From the NCBI GenBank assembly GCA_965224085.1, contig CBDCYI010000004.1:781170-845169 (forward strand): 64,000 nt of DNA. The letters run 5' to 3'. This document shows, piece after piece, positions 41,339 to 52,221 of this stretch; positions within the stretch are counted from its first letter, which is position 1, and each line of letters starts with the position of its first letter. The notes under the pieces were generated by a model, which was not told where the DNA came from, ran no database searches, and worked only from the letters and a program-made list of their open reading frames with translations. The DNA is from Candidatus Marinacidobacterales bacterium. GTDB lineage: Bacteria; Acidobacteriota; Vicinamibacteria; Marinacidobacterales; SMYC01. A program made the position numbers and the translations under genes.

Positions 41339-43975
41339 CTAAGGCTCGCTGGAATCGGTCTCGATCGACCACGGCATGTCTTCGAGAGTTGCGCCTTGAA
41401 GCGCGTTGAAAAAGAGCTTGTAGGTGCCTCGCGGCTGCCCACGAAATTGTGGGCGGAACGCGAACAAAATGACCTCGCCCGCGCCGAGCTTAACGCGCAT
41501 CACGGCCGACTTGCCGCCGATGTTCGATTCTTCGCCGAGCGCCCAGCCGCTCATGAGGATGTCTTTTTCCGCGTAGGTCACGACCGTCTCGACAGGAAAT
41601 GGCGGCGGCATCTTCACGTCTTCTTTACCGCCTTCACGCTCGCGGCTCGGCTCGAGCGCCTCGAAGGCGCGGCTGCGAACGAAAGAGGTCGCTACCTCGT
41701 CGGGCATACCCCAAGCAAGTGGGTGGGCGGTGTCGACCGTCGCACGGATCAGGGAGCCCGGAATGAAAAAGCTCGACGAAGAAACGCCCGATGTGACGTT
41801 TTTTACTGGAAGACCGAACTGCTGGATGGCGAAATCACTCGCACCGTCGAGTGCTATGAGAGTGCCGCCATTCTCGACGAAGCGCTTCAGCGCGTAAGCG
41901 CCCGCCAAGCCGAGGCCGCCGACATATTCGTCCGGCATCGTGCCCGGGGCGTGGCCGTTCAAGATGCGCGCCGCGTCTTGATCGGGCAAAACGATGACAT
42001 CGAAACGCGACAAATCAGACGTGCGGACGTCTTTGTCCACAAGCGTCGTCAAATCGAAGTCGTAGTCCTCCAAAAGCCATCGCGTCCAACCCTCGTCCAT
42101 GTTCGCGACCCAGGATTTGTACATGCCCACGCGCGTGTGCTGCAGCGTGTGCATGACGACGTCCGGGCTCTCGTCGATAGAATCGATGTCGAGGCCGAGC
42201 TCGCGCGCGAGCGCCGACAGCCGGTCGAACGTCTCATCCCCCGACTCGATGAGGATGGTGCCGCGCGGATGCCCATCGAAAGGAGCTCCCGCCCAGTGAA
42301 GTCTCTCGCCCAAGCCGAGCAATCGGTTCGCCGCCTTCATCGCAGCGTTTTGCCGATGCGATAGCAGGTAGCCGAATCTACCGCGCGTGACCCGGCCCGG
42401 GCTCGGCGTTACATAATCGGCGAGCGCCACAGCTTCGGCCGTGAACGAAGTCTCGATGCGGTCGACCTTGACTCCCATCTGCATCGGCAGGGTCCAACCC
42501 GCGAGATCGTAGGGCGGATCGGGCGGGCCGTCGGGCGTACGCCGCCGATCGGGATATTCTTGCTTCTCCATGAGATCGACGACATAAGGGAGGAACGACT
42601 GGGCACCGTAAATAACGTAGGAGCCCACCCCGTAAGACTTTCCGTTCGCGGTGAAATCGGCCGTCGCCCGCTCGATCTCGATGCCACCCACCAGCAGAAT
42701 ATTCACGAGAGCGTCCGCCTCGCCCGGATCCCACTGCTCCCGAGGGATGATGTACGCCGTCGGCTTTCCCGCCTCTCCCGTTTCGATGGCGTCTCGCCCC
42801 ATGCGATAGATGTCGTAGAGCCACTTTTCTTTGAGTTCGGCGGCAATGTCCAGAACGCCCATCGAGGCGGTCAATGTGTAGCGAACGGCATCACTGAAGT
42901 GAGACTCCCCGCCCTCCCAGGGGTACGGATGAAAAATATCCGTGGCCGAAGTCGGCGACGCACTGCCGCGACGCGGGTTGCCCACGAACTCGGGCCGCTT
43001 TTCCGGATCGTAGAATCGCGGCGTCGCGGACGCATGGGAGGTTTCAGTCAGGATCCCGATCATGTTGTGAAAGTAAGGCACGGTGCGCATCCCGCCGTTC
43101 CACCACATCGAATAGATCATGTCGGAGACGACGCCTGGCATTCTCTTCATGGCGAAGCGATTGGCCATCGCCGTACCCACCATGTTGACGCCCGTCGTCA
43201 CCCCGGGATGGATGTTCGGGTTGACTGGATCCGCGAATGGCGGCAAGAAGATACGCGCCCAAGCCGGGCCAGTCTGGTGATGGTTATAGACGATTTGCGG
43301 GAACCACTCGCGGTATAAAACTTCCGTCACCGCGTGAGACTCCGGCATGTTGTTCATGAACCAGTCGCGGTTGTTGTCGTGGCCGACATAGTGATGGTAG
43401 AGCTCGGGCGGCCGCGACGTCTCGAACGGTGTCTCGAGATGCTTTCGATACCAATCGGCGACGATGTCGAGCCCATCCGGGTTCATGCTCGGCATGAGGA
43501 GCAGGATCACGTTGTCACGGATCTTCTCCATCTCCGCGGAATCTTCGGTCACGACGCGATAAGCGAGATGCGGCATCATCTGGGACGGCGCGACCTCGGT
43601 CGCGTGCAAGCCGGCATCGAGCCACACGACCGCTTTGCCTTCGGCCGCGTAGCGCTCGGCGGTTTCATCATCGATGCGCGCGCGCGCAAGGGCCTCACTC
43701 ATCTCGCGCAGCTCGTCGAGCCGCGAGAGGTTAGCCTCGCTCGAGATATAGAGCAACAGGAGCGGTTTCTCGAGGACTGAGCGCCCGATCTCACGGAGCT
43801 CGACCCGATCGCTCGCGGCGTCCAGGGCCAGGTAATACTCGACGAGCTGGTTCCACTTCGCGAGCTTGTAGTCAGAGCCCGGCTCGAAGCCGATGACGTC
43901 CACCGGCTTCGGAACCTGGGTGGTTGCGAGAGTGGTCAGAAAAATCGAAAACAGGAAAATGGTGATGCGTGGCAT
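41339..43975 (-). CDS. Secreted M14-family zinc carboxypeptidase with large C-terminal extension domains
   Basis: Signal peptide; HxxE zinc motif (AGLHATEVAP); N/D-rich M14 core. Confidence 0.8.
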   Translation of the reverse strand: MPRITIFLFSIFLTTLATTQVPKPVDVIGFEPGSDYKLAKWNQLVEYYLALDAASDRVELREIGRSVLEKPLLLLYISSEANLSRLDELREMSEALARARIDDETAERYAAEGKAVVWLDAGLHATEVAPSQMMPHLAYRVVTEDSAEMEKIRDNVILLLMPSMNPDGLDIVADWYRKHLETPFETSRPPELYHHYVGHDNNRDWFMNNMPESHAVTEVLYREWFPQIVYNHHQTGPAWARIFLPPFADPVNPNIHPGVTTGVNMVGTAMANRFAMKRMPGVVSDMIYSMWWNGGMRTVPYFHNMIGILTETSHASATPRFYDPEKRPEFVGNPRRGSASPTSATDIFHPYPWEGGESHFSDAVRYTLTASMGVLDIAAELKEKWLYDIYRMGRDAIETGEAGKPTAYIIPREQWDPGEADALVNILLVGGIEIERATADFTANGKSYGVGSYVIYGAQSFLPYVVDLMEKQEYPDRRRTPDGPPDPPYDLAGWTLPMQMGVKVDRIETSFTAEAVALADYVTPSPGRVTRGRFGYLLSHRQNAAMKAANRLLGLGERLHWAGAPFDGHPRGTILIESGDETFDRLSALARELGLDIDSIDESPDVVMHTLQHTRVGMYKSWVANMDEGWTRWLLEDYDFDLTTLVDKDVRTSDLSRFDVIVLPDQDAARILNGHAPGTMPDEYVGGLGLAGAYALKRFVENGGTLIALDGASDFAIQQFGLPVKNVTSGVSSSSFFIPGSLIRATVDTAHPLAWGMPDEVATSFVRSRAFEALEPSREREGGKEDVKMPPPFPVETVVTYAEKDILMSGWALGEESNIGGKSAVMRVKLGAGEVILFAFRPQFRGQPRGTYKLFFNALQGATLEDMPWSIETDSSEP

Positions 43976-43990
43976 GGCTGCCTCCTAATC

Positions 43991-45175
43991 TCAACGCGAG
44001 AATGGCCCGGATTCTATCAAACGGCCGACGCGCAAATGAATCCAAGGGATCGTCCACGCGACCGCCGCGATGACCGCATCGGTCACATCGGGCGAGCGCC
44101 CCGGGACGAACTTTTGAAACCACTCCAGGAAGAGAACAGACAAGAATACGACTCCGATCCCGGTGGCCGCTACCCGCTCGGGACGGCTCGGTTGCGCGTG
44201 GATCGCAAGAACCGCGAGCCCGAGAAACGGCCAAACCGAGTTGAGCACGTCTTCGATACGCGTCAATTCGCTCACGAGATGACTTCGAAAGGGAGTCCAG
44301 TTGAACGCCGAGATTCCAGCCGCGCCGACGCCCGGTCGAAGCTGGTCGACGACGACGGTGCCCACAATGGCCGCGAAAGCGAGACGGGACACGCGCTCGG
44401 GCGCACGCAGAAAACCAGCGACGACAAAGGCGAGTCCGGCGCCGGCGAGCGCCTCGAGCGATAGTTGCTGGCGCACGATGGGCACTTTCGCGAGGAGCAC
44501 ACAGAAGAAGAACGCGGACACGAAGAAGCGGCGACGGTATTTCGACCGTAGCGCCGTGGACAACAGGATCGAGAGCGCCAAGATAGCGAGCCCATAACCG
44601 AGGGCGCTCGAGAACTCGAAAGACCGAGAGCCGCGTAGGACGTGCCACACCGGCCGAAGCCCCGCGCGGAGATTGCCGACGTCGGGAGAAGGCACGAAAG
44701 GAAAGAGTTGCCCGCCGGCCCAGACCCCGACGACCGCCGCACCGAGCCTCGTCACCGGCTCATCGACGAAGATGCGCGCTGCCGTTCGCCGAATCCAGGG
44801 TTCAAGCGCCGCGAGCTGCCGATGAACCACCGCGCCGCCGCACGCGCCGAGCGTGTTCCAGCCCCAGTCATGAAAAGAAGGAACACGACGCGGAAGAAAA
44901 GCCTGCAGATACTCGACCCCGAAGCTGAAAAGACTGCCCGCGAGCGTCGCCAAGAGCACAGTGCGCACGCGACCCAATCCCGCGAAAACGCGCGCGGCGA
45001 GCCAGCCGAACGGGATGTAGATGATCACGTTCACGACGAGGTCCGTGCGCGACAGCCGTCCCGGTTCCAGAAACTGATGCCACGCGCTGACGTCGAGTGC
45101 CCGCCAGCCAGTGAAGGGAAAGAGGCTTCCGTAAACGAGGAGGGCCGTGTAGCCGAGGAGAAATGCGCGGGTCAC
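43991..45175 (-). CDS. VanZ-like family membrane protein (tandem VanZ domains)
   Basis: Two repeats of the VanZ pattern (LLVYGSLFPF...NVIIYIPFGWL; second copy similar). Confidence 0.7.
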   Translation of the reverse strand: MTRAFLLGYTALLVYGSLFPFTGWRALDVSAWHQFLEPGRLSRTDLVVNVIIYIPFGWLAARVFAGLGRVRTVLLATLAGSLFSFGVEYLQAFLPRRVPSFHDWGWNTLGACGGAVVHRQLAALEPWIRRTAARIFVDEPVTRLGAAVVGVWAGGQLFPFVPSPDVGNLRAGLRPVWHVLRGSRSFEFSSALGYGLAILALSILLSTALRSKYRRRFFVSAFFFCVLLAKVPIVRQQLSLEALAGAGLAFVVAGFLRAPERVSRLAFAAIVGTVVVDQLRPGVGAAGISAFNWTPFRSHLVSELTRIEDVLNSVWPFLGLAVLAIHAQPSRPERVAATGIGVVFLSVLFLEWFQKFVPGRSPDVTDAVIAAVAWTIPWIHLRVGRLIESGPFSR

Positions 45176-45981
45176 GGAATCGAGCCCTGGAGGACGATGA
45201 CGTCATCATAGTGGCGGTTGGCGTCATTGGGGGTGTCGGGATCGAGATAGTAGGGCGTGATCGTGGCGCGATACGCCGATCCACCCTGATGTTCGATACA
45301 AACGCCGACATAGCCGTGACGACGATTGCCTTCGGGGTAGATGAAGCGTGAAAAGCCTTCCTGCCACTCCGGGTTCTCTTCCAGATCGCGCACATTAGCG
45401 ACACCGGCCTCGGCATACGGCTGCGCATGGGCCACGCGGTTGCCGCGAAGCGTCGTGTCGAGGCCATCATTGTCATGGTTCCCGAGCGCGGGGTAAACGG
45501 GCGTCGTGGCGGCGAAGCCCGCCATGTCCGGCCAAAACGCGTCCCAGTCGTCTTGAGCGTTGCCCTGATCGACGAGATCGCCCGCGTATAGAAGAAAGCG
45601 CGGCGCGTAAGTCGCGATCTGATCGAGAACTGCCCGCTGCGTGATATTGCGCACGGGCTCGGTCGCCTTTGATTCCGGATCGGCGGCGACGGCGAACGTG
45701 AAATCCGTTCCGAGCTCGACGGCCGTCGTGAAGTGCGCCGCCTCGGTCGACCCATCTTGGACGACTCGATAGAAATGGCGCATGTTCGATTGGAGACCCA
45801 TGAGTTGCACCTCATGGCGAAAGCCGGGAACGTGATCGAAGGCTTCGTGCGCGCTCGACACGCGTTCGCCGTAGCTATCGGACAGGCCCCATTCGAGCGT
45901 GCCGGGGGTATCGTTCTCCGACCACCAGACCATACGGATGCTGTCGGTGCTCACGAGTTGAACGTAAGGGCCGACGGTCAT
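45172..45981 (-). CDS. Purple-acid-phosphatase-like metallophosphoesterase, N-terminal half only (probably truncated or inactive)
   Basis: Fn3-like PAP N-domain (PYVQLVSTDSIRMVWW...) and motifs GDLVDQG, GNHDNDG. The downstream HxP/GHxH motifs are absent and the stop abuts the VanZ gene start. Confidence 0.5.
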   Translation of the reverse strand: MTVGPYVQLVSTDSIRMVWWSENDTPGTLEWGLSDSYGERVSSAHEAFDHVPGFRHEVQLMGLQSNMRHFYRVVQDGSTEAAHFTTAVELGTDFTFAVAADPESKATEPVRNITQRAVLDQIATYAPRFLLYAGDLVDQGNAQDDWDAFWPDMAGFAATTPVYPALGNHDNDGLDTTLRGNRVAHAQPYAEAGVANVRDLEENPEWQEGFSRFIYPEGNRRHGYVGVCIEHQGGSAYRATITPYYLDPDTPNDANRHYDDVIVLQGSIP

Positions 45982-46003
45982 CCCAAGAGGAATAGTATAG
46001 GCA

Positions 46004-47773
46004 TCACAATCCCACGAGAAGTACCACCGCGGCGACGATCACTGGGACGACAGCGAACGTTACGGCACCGCCAAGCCGCGCGTAGTCGGAAAAACGATAC
46101 CCGCCGGGCCCGTAGACCATCAGGTTCGTCTGATAAGCAATCGGGGTCAAGAAAGACGCGGAGGCGGCGACCGCCACTGCAAGGGCGAAGGGACGAGGCG
46201 CAACCCCGAGCGACGAGGCCGTCGAAACCGCGATGGGAAACATCAACACCACGGCGGCGTTGTTCGTGATGAGCGAGAGCAGCAGAATGGTGGCGCCGAT
46301 GAGACCAACAAGGACACCGAAGGTGCCAAAGCCCCCGAGCGTGCCGATCAGCGAGCTTGCGAGAAATGCCGCGAGACCGGAGCTTTCCATCGCAGCACCG
46401 AGCCCGAACGCCGCAGCAATGACGACGACGACGTCCAAGTCGACAGCACGGCGGGCATCCCATGGAGTGAGCACCCCGGTCGCGACGAGCGCGAACGCGC
46501 CGAGAAGCGACAGGTGCAGAATGGGCATCGCCCCGAGCGCCGCGCCACCGACGATGACGGCGGCGATGACGCCGACCAGCAAGGCCTTTCTGCTTGGAAC
46601 CGCCGGCGCCCCGCCCAAGCCCGAGACGAGCAAGAAGTCGTTCCGGTCCCGCCAACGATCGCGAAAGCTCGGATCGGCGAGGATCACGAGCGTGTCGCCC
46701 ACGCGTAGCCGCACTTCGCCGAGCTTCGCTTTGACTCGTTGACCCGAGCGATGGATAGCAACCACGGCCGCTTGATAACGCGACCGAAATGAAACTTCTT
46801 TCGGGGTTTTCCCGACGAGCGGAGACACTTCTCCGATGGCGGCCTCGAAAAAAGTATGGCGCGCCGAATCGAGGCCGCCGGTGTGCTCGTGCTCGGTCGA
46901 CACGAGACCGCGCATCGCTTGGAGATCGACAACCAAATCCGCCTTCCCGACGAACACCAATCGGTCCTGACCGCGCAGAACGGTCGTTGGTGTGACGGGC
47001 GCGATGAGCTCCCCCTCCCGTTCGATCTCGACGAGAAAGACGCCTTGAAGGTGGCGAAGACCACCGTCCTCGACCGTCTTTCCATCGAGCGGGCCGCCTT
47101 CCTCGACCAGCATGTTCAGAACGAACTCGCGGAACTCCTCATCGAGCTCGCGGCCCGCGGCACGGCGCTCCGGGACGAGTAGCGGCGCGAAAGCAACGAT
47201 GACGACGAGTCCCACGACGGCCACGGGGACGCCGACCGGTGCGATCTCGAACACGCCGAGGGGATCTTCTCCTGAGGCTTCGAGCAAGCCGGAAACCACG
47301 AGATTCGTCGACGTGCCAATCGTCGTGGCGACTCCGCCCAGGATCGCAGCAAAAGAGAGCGGCATCAGATAGCGCGAAGGCGACTGGCCGCGCTGCTCAG
47401 CCCAATCCGTCACCTGCGGCGCGAGCATCGCCACGATAGGAGTGTTGTTGAGAAAGGCGGACGCCGCCGCCGTCGGCACGACGAGTCGTAGAAGTGCGCG
47501 ACGAGCGTGGACGCCCTTACCAAGCGTGGCGGCAACCAACGGCTGAAGGGCTCCTGTTTTCTCGACGCCGCGCGCGAGCACATAGAGAGCGGCCACCGTG
47601 ATGGGCGCGGGATTGCTGAAACCCGCGAAAGCCTGCTCCGTCGTCACGACTCCGAAAACGAGCAACAAGACGACCGCGCCAAGGATGGTCGCGGGCGGAG
47701 GAGCGAGATCGCGCGCGAGGACAATAAGAGTCACGATCAAGACCGCGACCGTGACGGCGCTATCGGAACCCAT
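46004..47773 (-). CDS. SLC13/DASS-family anion permease with two central TrkA-C domains
   Basis: CitMHS/DASS permease halves flank two TrkA_C-like domains (VTPTTVLRGQDRLVFVG...). Confidence 0.8.
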   Translation of the reverse strand: MGSDSAVTVAVLIVTLIVLARDLAPPPATILGAVVLLLVFGVVTTEQAFAGFSNPAPITVAALYVLARGVEKTGALQPLVAATLGKGVHARRALLRLVVPTAAASAFLNNTPIVAMLAPQVTDWAEQRGQSPSRYLMPLSFAAILGGVATTIGTSTNLVVSGLLEASGEDPLGVFEIAPVGVPVAVVGLVVIVAFAPLLVPERRAAGRELDEEFREFVLNMLVEEGGPLDGKTVEDGGLRHLQGVFLVEIEREGELIAPVTPTTVLRGQDRLVFVGKADLVVDLQAMRGLVSTEHEHTGGLDSARHTFFEAAIGEVSPLVGKTPKEVSFRSRYQAAVVAIHRSGQRVKAKLGEVRLRVGDTLVILADPSFRDRWRDRNDFLLVSGLGGAPAVPSRKALLVGVIAAVIVGGAALGAMPILHLSLLGAFALVATGVLTPWDARRAVDLDVVVVIAAAFGLGAAMESSGLAAFLASSLIGTLGGFGTFGVLVGLIGATILLLSLITNNAAVVLMFPIAVSTASSLGVAPRPFALAVAVAASASFLTPIAYQTNLMVYGPGGYRFSDYARLGGAVTFAVVPVIVAAVVLLVGL

Positions 47774-47781
47774 GGCGTCGA

Positions 47782-48711
47782 TCAGCTCCGCGCGCGCGCC
47801 ATGAGAAGACGCACGAACGAAACATGTGGGTCCTCGTCATCCCAAAACCCGACGCGGCGAAGCTCGAAAGGATCGCTCGAGGCGTCGTTCGAACCGGAAA
47901 TCGTCGTCACCGCGCAGCAAAAACCTTCTTCGCGGAGGATCTGCTTCGTCGTTGCACCGAAATCCACGGACCGTCCATTGGGATAGGCAAAGGACGTGAC
48001 CTCGCAACCGAGCTCGGACTCGATCCGTTCTTTGGAGCCTTTCACCTGACGGCGGGCTTCCATCGCACTCACTTGGCTCAAGATAGGATGATCGAGCGTA
48101 TGGGCACCGAAACGTATGCCGGCGGCCGCCATTTCACGCGCGTCCGCCCATGTGAGCTTGTCCCAACCCACATCGCTCGAGTCAACCCCGAGCCGTTGCA
48201 AAAGGCGTGAGATAAGCTCGGAGCGCTCGTCGGGGCCCACGCAGCGCACTTCACCAAGGATGGCCGCAAGCTCATGATGTTTATCGGGAATCGGGGCGGT
48301 TGTACGATGAAAGGCATCGAAGATTCGATCGTGCCAAATCAACCGATTCGCGTCAACGGCGCCGGTGACCAAGAAGATCGTCGCGGGGAGCCCGAGCTCC
48401 CGCAGGATGGGGAAAGCGTGCGTGTAGTTGTCGCGATAGCCATCGTCGAAAGTGATGGCTATCGCGTTGGGAGGCGCACCGTTCGCTACAAGCGCCTCGA
48501 GCGGCTGCACGGAAAAGTACCGCTGCACGAGCTCCATCTGCTCCCGGAACATGCGTGTGGGGGTGCCACGGAAGAACGGATGGCCGTCGTCATTGACACG
48601 GTGATAGCAAAGCACGAGAAAGCGGTTGGGTCGTGTGAGCCCAACCAGACCACGTGCGAGCGTGGGAGCCCGTGCCGCGAGCCCGAGAACGCGCTTTGCC
48701 GAAGACTTCAT
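47782..48711 (-). CDS. Polysaccharide deacetylase (NodB-homology / CE4)
   Basis: ITFDDGYRDNY motif, HTLDHP. Confidence 0.8.
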   Translation of the reverse strand: MKSSAKRVLGLAARAPTLARGLVGLTRPNRFLVLCYHRVNDDGHPFFRGTPTRMFREQMELVQRYFSVQPLEALVANGAPPNAIAITFDDGYRDNYTHAFPILRELGLPATIFLVTGAVDANRLIWHDRIFDAFHRTTAPIPDKHHELAAILGEVRCVGPDERSELISRLLQRLGVDSSDVGWDKLTWADAREMAAAGIRFGAHTLDHPILSQVSAMEARRQVKGSKERIESELGCEVTSFAYPNGRSVDFGATTKQILREEGFCCAVTTISGSNDASSDPFELRRVGFWDDEDPHVSFVRLLMARARS

Positions 48712-49279
48712 GTCTCGCTATCGTATCCGAACTGTGCTGTGCAAGTTTCTCGACATCACGCGGACGCCGGAGCAAGCCGACCTCATCTTCGTCTTCGCGG
48801 GGCGCGAGGAGCGAAAGCGTTACGGGATCGAGCTCTACGAGAAAGGCTACGCTCCACGCCTGGTTCTCAGTGTCGGCCGCTTCGAATGGCGCCGCTTCGC
48901 CGAGCTTGGACTAGCGAGTGACGGGGGCCTCGTCGAAATGGTCCCCACGATCGAGGCACCCAAGCGCCACTTCTTGGTCGAGATCGAAGATGAGAAAACC
49001 ACTTGCCACGGGATCGCGCGCGACCGCTACGGAACGCTTTCCGAAGCTCGCGCCCTGGCCATCCACGTGAAAGACGGTAAAGCCATGACCATCTTGCTGG
49101 TCTCGTCGCCGGAACACTCGAGACGATGTCTTCTGGCGACGAAAAGCGTCATTTCCCCGCGCCACCGATTGATACCCATCGGGTGCGCTCCTTCCAGGGA
49201 CTCGTGTGCCCACGAGTTCGTGAAGTGGATAGGCTATCGCGCGCTGACGTCGCGAGTTGCACGGGGTAGTAATTCTTGA
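48710..49279 (+). CDS. DUF218 (YdcF/ElyC/SanA-like) protein
   Basis: DLIFVFAGREERKRYGIELYEKGYAPRLVLS. Its ATG at 48710 shares the CATG tetranucleotide with the divergent deacetylase start. Confidence 0.6.
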   Translation: MSRYRIRTVLCKFLDITRTPEQADLIFVFAGREERKRYGIELYEKGYAPRLVLSVGRFEWRRFAELGLASDGGLVEMVPTIEAPKRHFLVEIEDEKTTCHGIARDRYGTLSEARALAIHVKDGKAMTILLVSSPEHSRRCLLATKSVISPRHRLIPIGCAPSRDSCAHEFVKWIGYRALTSRVARGSNS

Positions 49280-49358
49280 TATAAAATAGTGAAGCCCTTT
49301 CCAACCAGGGGAATTTCGAAGGACAAAAACGGCTGTACTTGCAGCCAAGTGCTTTAGA

Positions 49359-49392
49359 TTGACACACATGTAAGCCGACTCCGGGTTATAAT
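49359..49392 (+). promoter_or_regulatory. Candidate promoter (TTGACA ... TATAAT) upstream of the Wza-like gene; spacer is non-canonical at 22 nt
   Basis: TTGACA at 49359-49364, TATAAT at 49387-49392, in an AT-rich island. Confidence 0.2.
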
Positions 49393-49478
49393 GGAGGGTC
49401 GATGTGGCGCGATTTTGGGGAGTTACCCCTGGCCCCCGCTTTCGAGGCCTTCGAAATTCTGAGGAGTCGTTTCGAAAA

Positions 49479-50058
49479 GTGAAGCTCAAATGTGCGCTCA
49501 TCATCTCTGCCACAGCCCTGGCGCTGGCGGCAAACGCTTCGGCGCAGCAAGGCAACCCGGACCCGCGTCAAAGGGGCCCGGAGGCTTACATCATCGGTGC
49601 GGGAGACTTGATCCATGTCCTGACAAGAAGACAACTTCAGTGGCTCGTTCCAAGTCCGCTACGACGGCAAGATCACCTTGCCGCTCGTCGGCGACATTTT
49701 GGCCGCGGGCCGAACTCCAGAACAACTCGCGGAACATTTGGAAGAGCAGATCGGAGTCCTCGTGGAGCTCGCCCAGGTCACGGTATCGATCGATCAGGCC
49801 AACAGCGCGCAATTCTACGTCATCGGCAAGGTTGCCAAACAGGGCGCTTTTCCGTACATCGGCGAAATCCGTGTGGTTCAAGCGCTCGCGCTCGCCGGCG
49901 GTTTTCAGGAATTCGCGAGGCTGAGCAATATTTTCGTGATCCGCGAAACGCAGGGACGGCTTATCTACTATCCGTTCAACTATGACGACCTCGTCGGCAA
50001 GCGTCAGCTGGGTGGCAACATGATTCTGCTCCCTGGAGACACGATCGTCGTTCCCTAG
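49479..50058 (+). pseudogene. Polysaccharide export protein (Wza/Poly_export + SLBB-like), +1 frameshift in an AAGAAGA tract at 49624-49630
   Basis: Signal peptide + YIIGAGDLIHVLT in frame 0, then FSGSFQVRYDGKITLPLVGDILAAGRTPEQL...GDTIVVP in frame +1. GTG 49479 (SD GAGGAG) or ATG 49404 are candidate starts. Confidence 0.65.
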
Positions 50059-50059
50059 T

Positions 50060-50900
50060 ATGCGTGCATCATGTGCAACAGCGATGGCCGTAATCATCTC
50101 TTCGATGGCAAGCTGGAGCGAAGGCCAAACGCCCCCTAATCAATGGAGCTTAGGATTGAGTCTTCGTGAATCCAGGCAGTTCGATCGCGTCGTCAATGAC
50201 GGGCTGGGGGATGGCCGGATTACGGACAGCGCTAGCGTCAATTTCGGCTACTCGACCAATCGTGAGCGCTCGAGCCTCTCTTTGTTCGCGCGCGGGAGCG
50301 AGCTTTCCTAGAGCCGAAGAAGAGCGCAACCGCCCGATCAATTTTGGTTTGGGTTTGCGTTGGAGTCGGCGGGTGACGGAGCGTTTTCAATCTTCGATGC
50401 GTGTGACGGCCAACCGAAACTTCTCCCGCGAGAGGCTAACGGAGCTCGGCATCGTCGCGCCCGACCTGGAGAGTTATTCCGCGGGTGCGAGTTGGCGCAC
50501 ACAGTACCAGGCGAGTGCACGCACCGGCATGTCGACGTCGCTCAGCTACCGGTTCACGGACATCGTGAATGCACAGCCGATCCCTGGCTCTCAAATCGTT
50601 CTCGAAGAGCAACCTTTCGGCGACAGCTTGTCTATTCCCGCGGGAATCGACGTCGACGCGAACGTGCCGGTTCGGGATGGTCAGAATGACGTTCTAGACA
50701 TCCTCGCTGCCGAAGGACTCGACAGCCTAGCGAATCGCAGCCAATTTGCATCCGCCGGCTTCGGCCTGAGCCGTACGCTGTCCCAACGCACGTCGATCGG
50801 CTTGAATGTTTCGGCCGGCTATCGAATTTTGGACAGGGGCAGAAGTGACGGAGGGTCGAACGCGTCGGGGGGGGGTTCACATACAGCGTTCTCTGGGAAC
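50060..50900 (+). pseudogene. Putative outer-membrane beta-barrel protein of the EPS locus, frameshifted near 50300 and 3'-truncated by IS insertion near 50900
   Basis: Signal peptide (MRASCATAMAVIISSMASW), alternating beta-strand-like segments ending in aromatic residues (SLSYRF, NVSAGYRIL). The reading frame runs into the poly-G at 50871-50879 and then into IS-derived sequence. Confidence 0.4.
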
Positions 50901-50914
50901 GACGAGCTCATTGA

Positions 50915-51699
50915 GCGCAGCCTACAATGTCGGACGTACGCTCGCGATTGTGCCGGCGACCATGGTGTTTCATCTGTCATCTAGGCAGAGCGAGGGATTG
51001 CTGCGATCGTTGTTCGCTCTGATGAAGCTAGACAATGATGTGCCCGATCACACCACGATCTCGAGGCGCAAGGCGAAGCTGGGTAAGGTCCCCTTCTACC
51101 AAGACAAGCAGAAGACGCCGTTGCACATCTTGATCGACAGCAGCGGTCTCGCTGTCCACGCCGGCCAGCTGCGCAGAGCACCAAATAGCAGAGACTATCG
51201 CAAGCTCCATCTGTGTGTCGACGAGCAGACTGGCGAAGTCGTCGCTTGCGAGCTGACGAGCAAAAGAGCCCGCGATTCATCGCGGGTTGCATCGCTTGTC
51301 GGACAGAGCGACAGTCCCATCTCATCGGCCAGAGCTGACACCGCATACGACGCCAGCGGCGTCTATGAGGCAATCGAGAATCACAGCGCTCATCGCTCGC
51401 CGAGGGTGCTGATACCGCCGCGCAAGGGCGCCCAGCTCGCATCGGGGCCGGCGAGCAGCCGACAGCGCAATCGCAACATTGCAGCACAAGCTCGGCTCGG
51501 CAAACGAAAGTGGCACACAGAATCGGGCTACAGCAAACGGAGCAAAGTCGAGACAACGTTCCATCGCTACAAGGCTATCGTGGGCTCAGCGATGCGAGCG
51601 AGAGGGTTGGCGGCACAGAGAGTCGAGGCAAGGATCGGGTGCAAGATTCTCAACACCATGACGGCGCTCGGGATGCCTGATAGCGAGATGATCGGATGA
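50915..51699 (+). mobile_element. IS5-family (IS903-group-like) transposase remnant, 5'-truncated
   Basis: LLRSLFALMKLDNDVPDHTTISRR...LHILIDSSGLAVHAGQ...RKLHLCVDEQTGEVVACELT...DTAYDASGVYEAI...YKAIVGSAMRARGL... matches the IS903-type DDE transposase from about residue 60 onward. The N-terminal ~60 aa are missing and the upstream sequence reads through from the host gene. Confidence 0.7.
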
Positions 51700-51929
51700 T
51701 GGGAGTCGGGGCCAAGCGAGCTCTCGGCCTCTATCGGAGTTGTGCACCAAGGCACGACAGTGGCGGCAAAGGAGAAAGTGAAGCCATGCTCTCCAACAAC
51801 GACGGCTATCTCGCAGGCCGCGGCTGCGAGACGCGTTCAGAATGGATCCCGAAACACAGCCACTTCGATCAAGTGAGCCCGTACCATTGGAGTGCAGTAA
51901 CGATCGCCACCTAACTCGAGCAGAGCCCA

Positions 51930-52115
51930 CAATCCGAAGGTACCCGCTCCCCGAGTAACGCCAACTTGACAGCAATGGCATCGCCCGGGCGGGCGAAGGT
52001 AATCGGAGACTGACCCTTTGAGATCTGTGGGAGGAAGTAGACTCCGATCGAGTGCAGCCGGGAGTCAAGGCCGAAGGTACGATGGTGCTCAGTGCCCGTT
52101 TGACAGCAAGGTCTG
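51930..52115 (+). ncRNA. Structured non-coding 5' region of an IS110-family element with a direct-repeat pair; candidate bridge-RNA locus
   Basis: CCGAAGGTAC (51934-51943, 52071-52080) each followed after 19-22 nt by TTGACAGCAA (51966-51975, 52100-52109). There is no ORF; it lies immediately upstream of the IS110 transposase gene. Confidence 0.3.
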
Positions 52116-52221
52116 GAGGGTTAGCGGGAGTATCCGTGGTGGCATGTCGCGAGGCATGACCCCGTTCGAAAGAATGTTTTGAATCGCCCCTCTCTCCTGG
52201 TTGCGCCGAAAGGAGCGAGAA

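Noticed and set aside
49359-49392. Sigma70 promoter TTGACA/TATAAT upstream of the Wza-like gene
   Set aside because: The spacer is 22 nt, outside the functional 16-19 nt range. It is kept only as a low-confidence feature.
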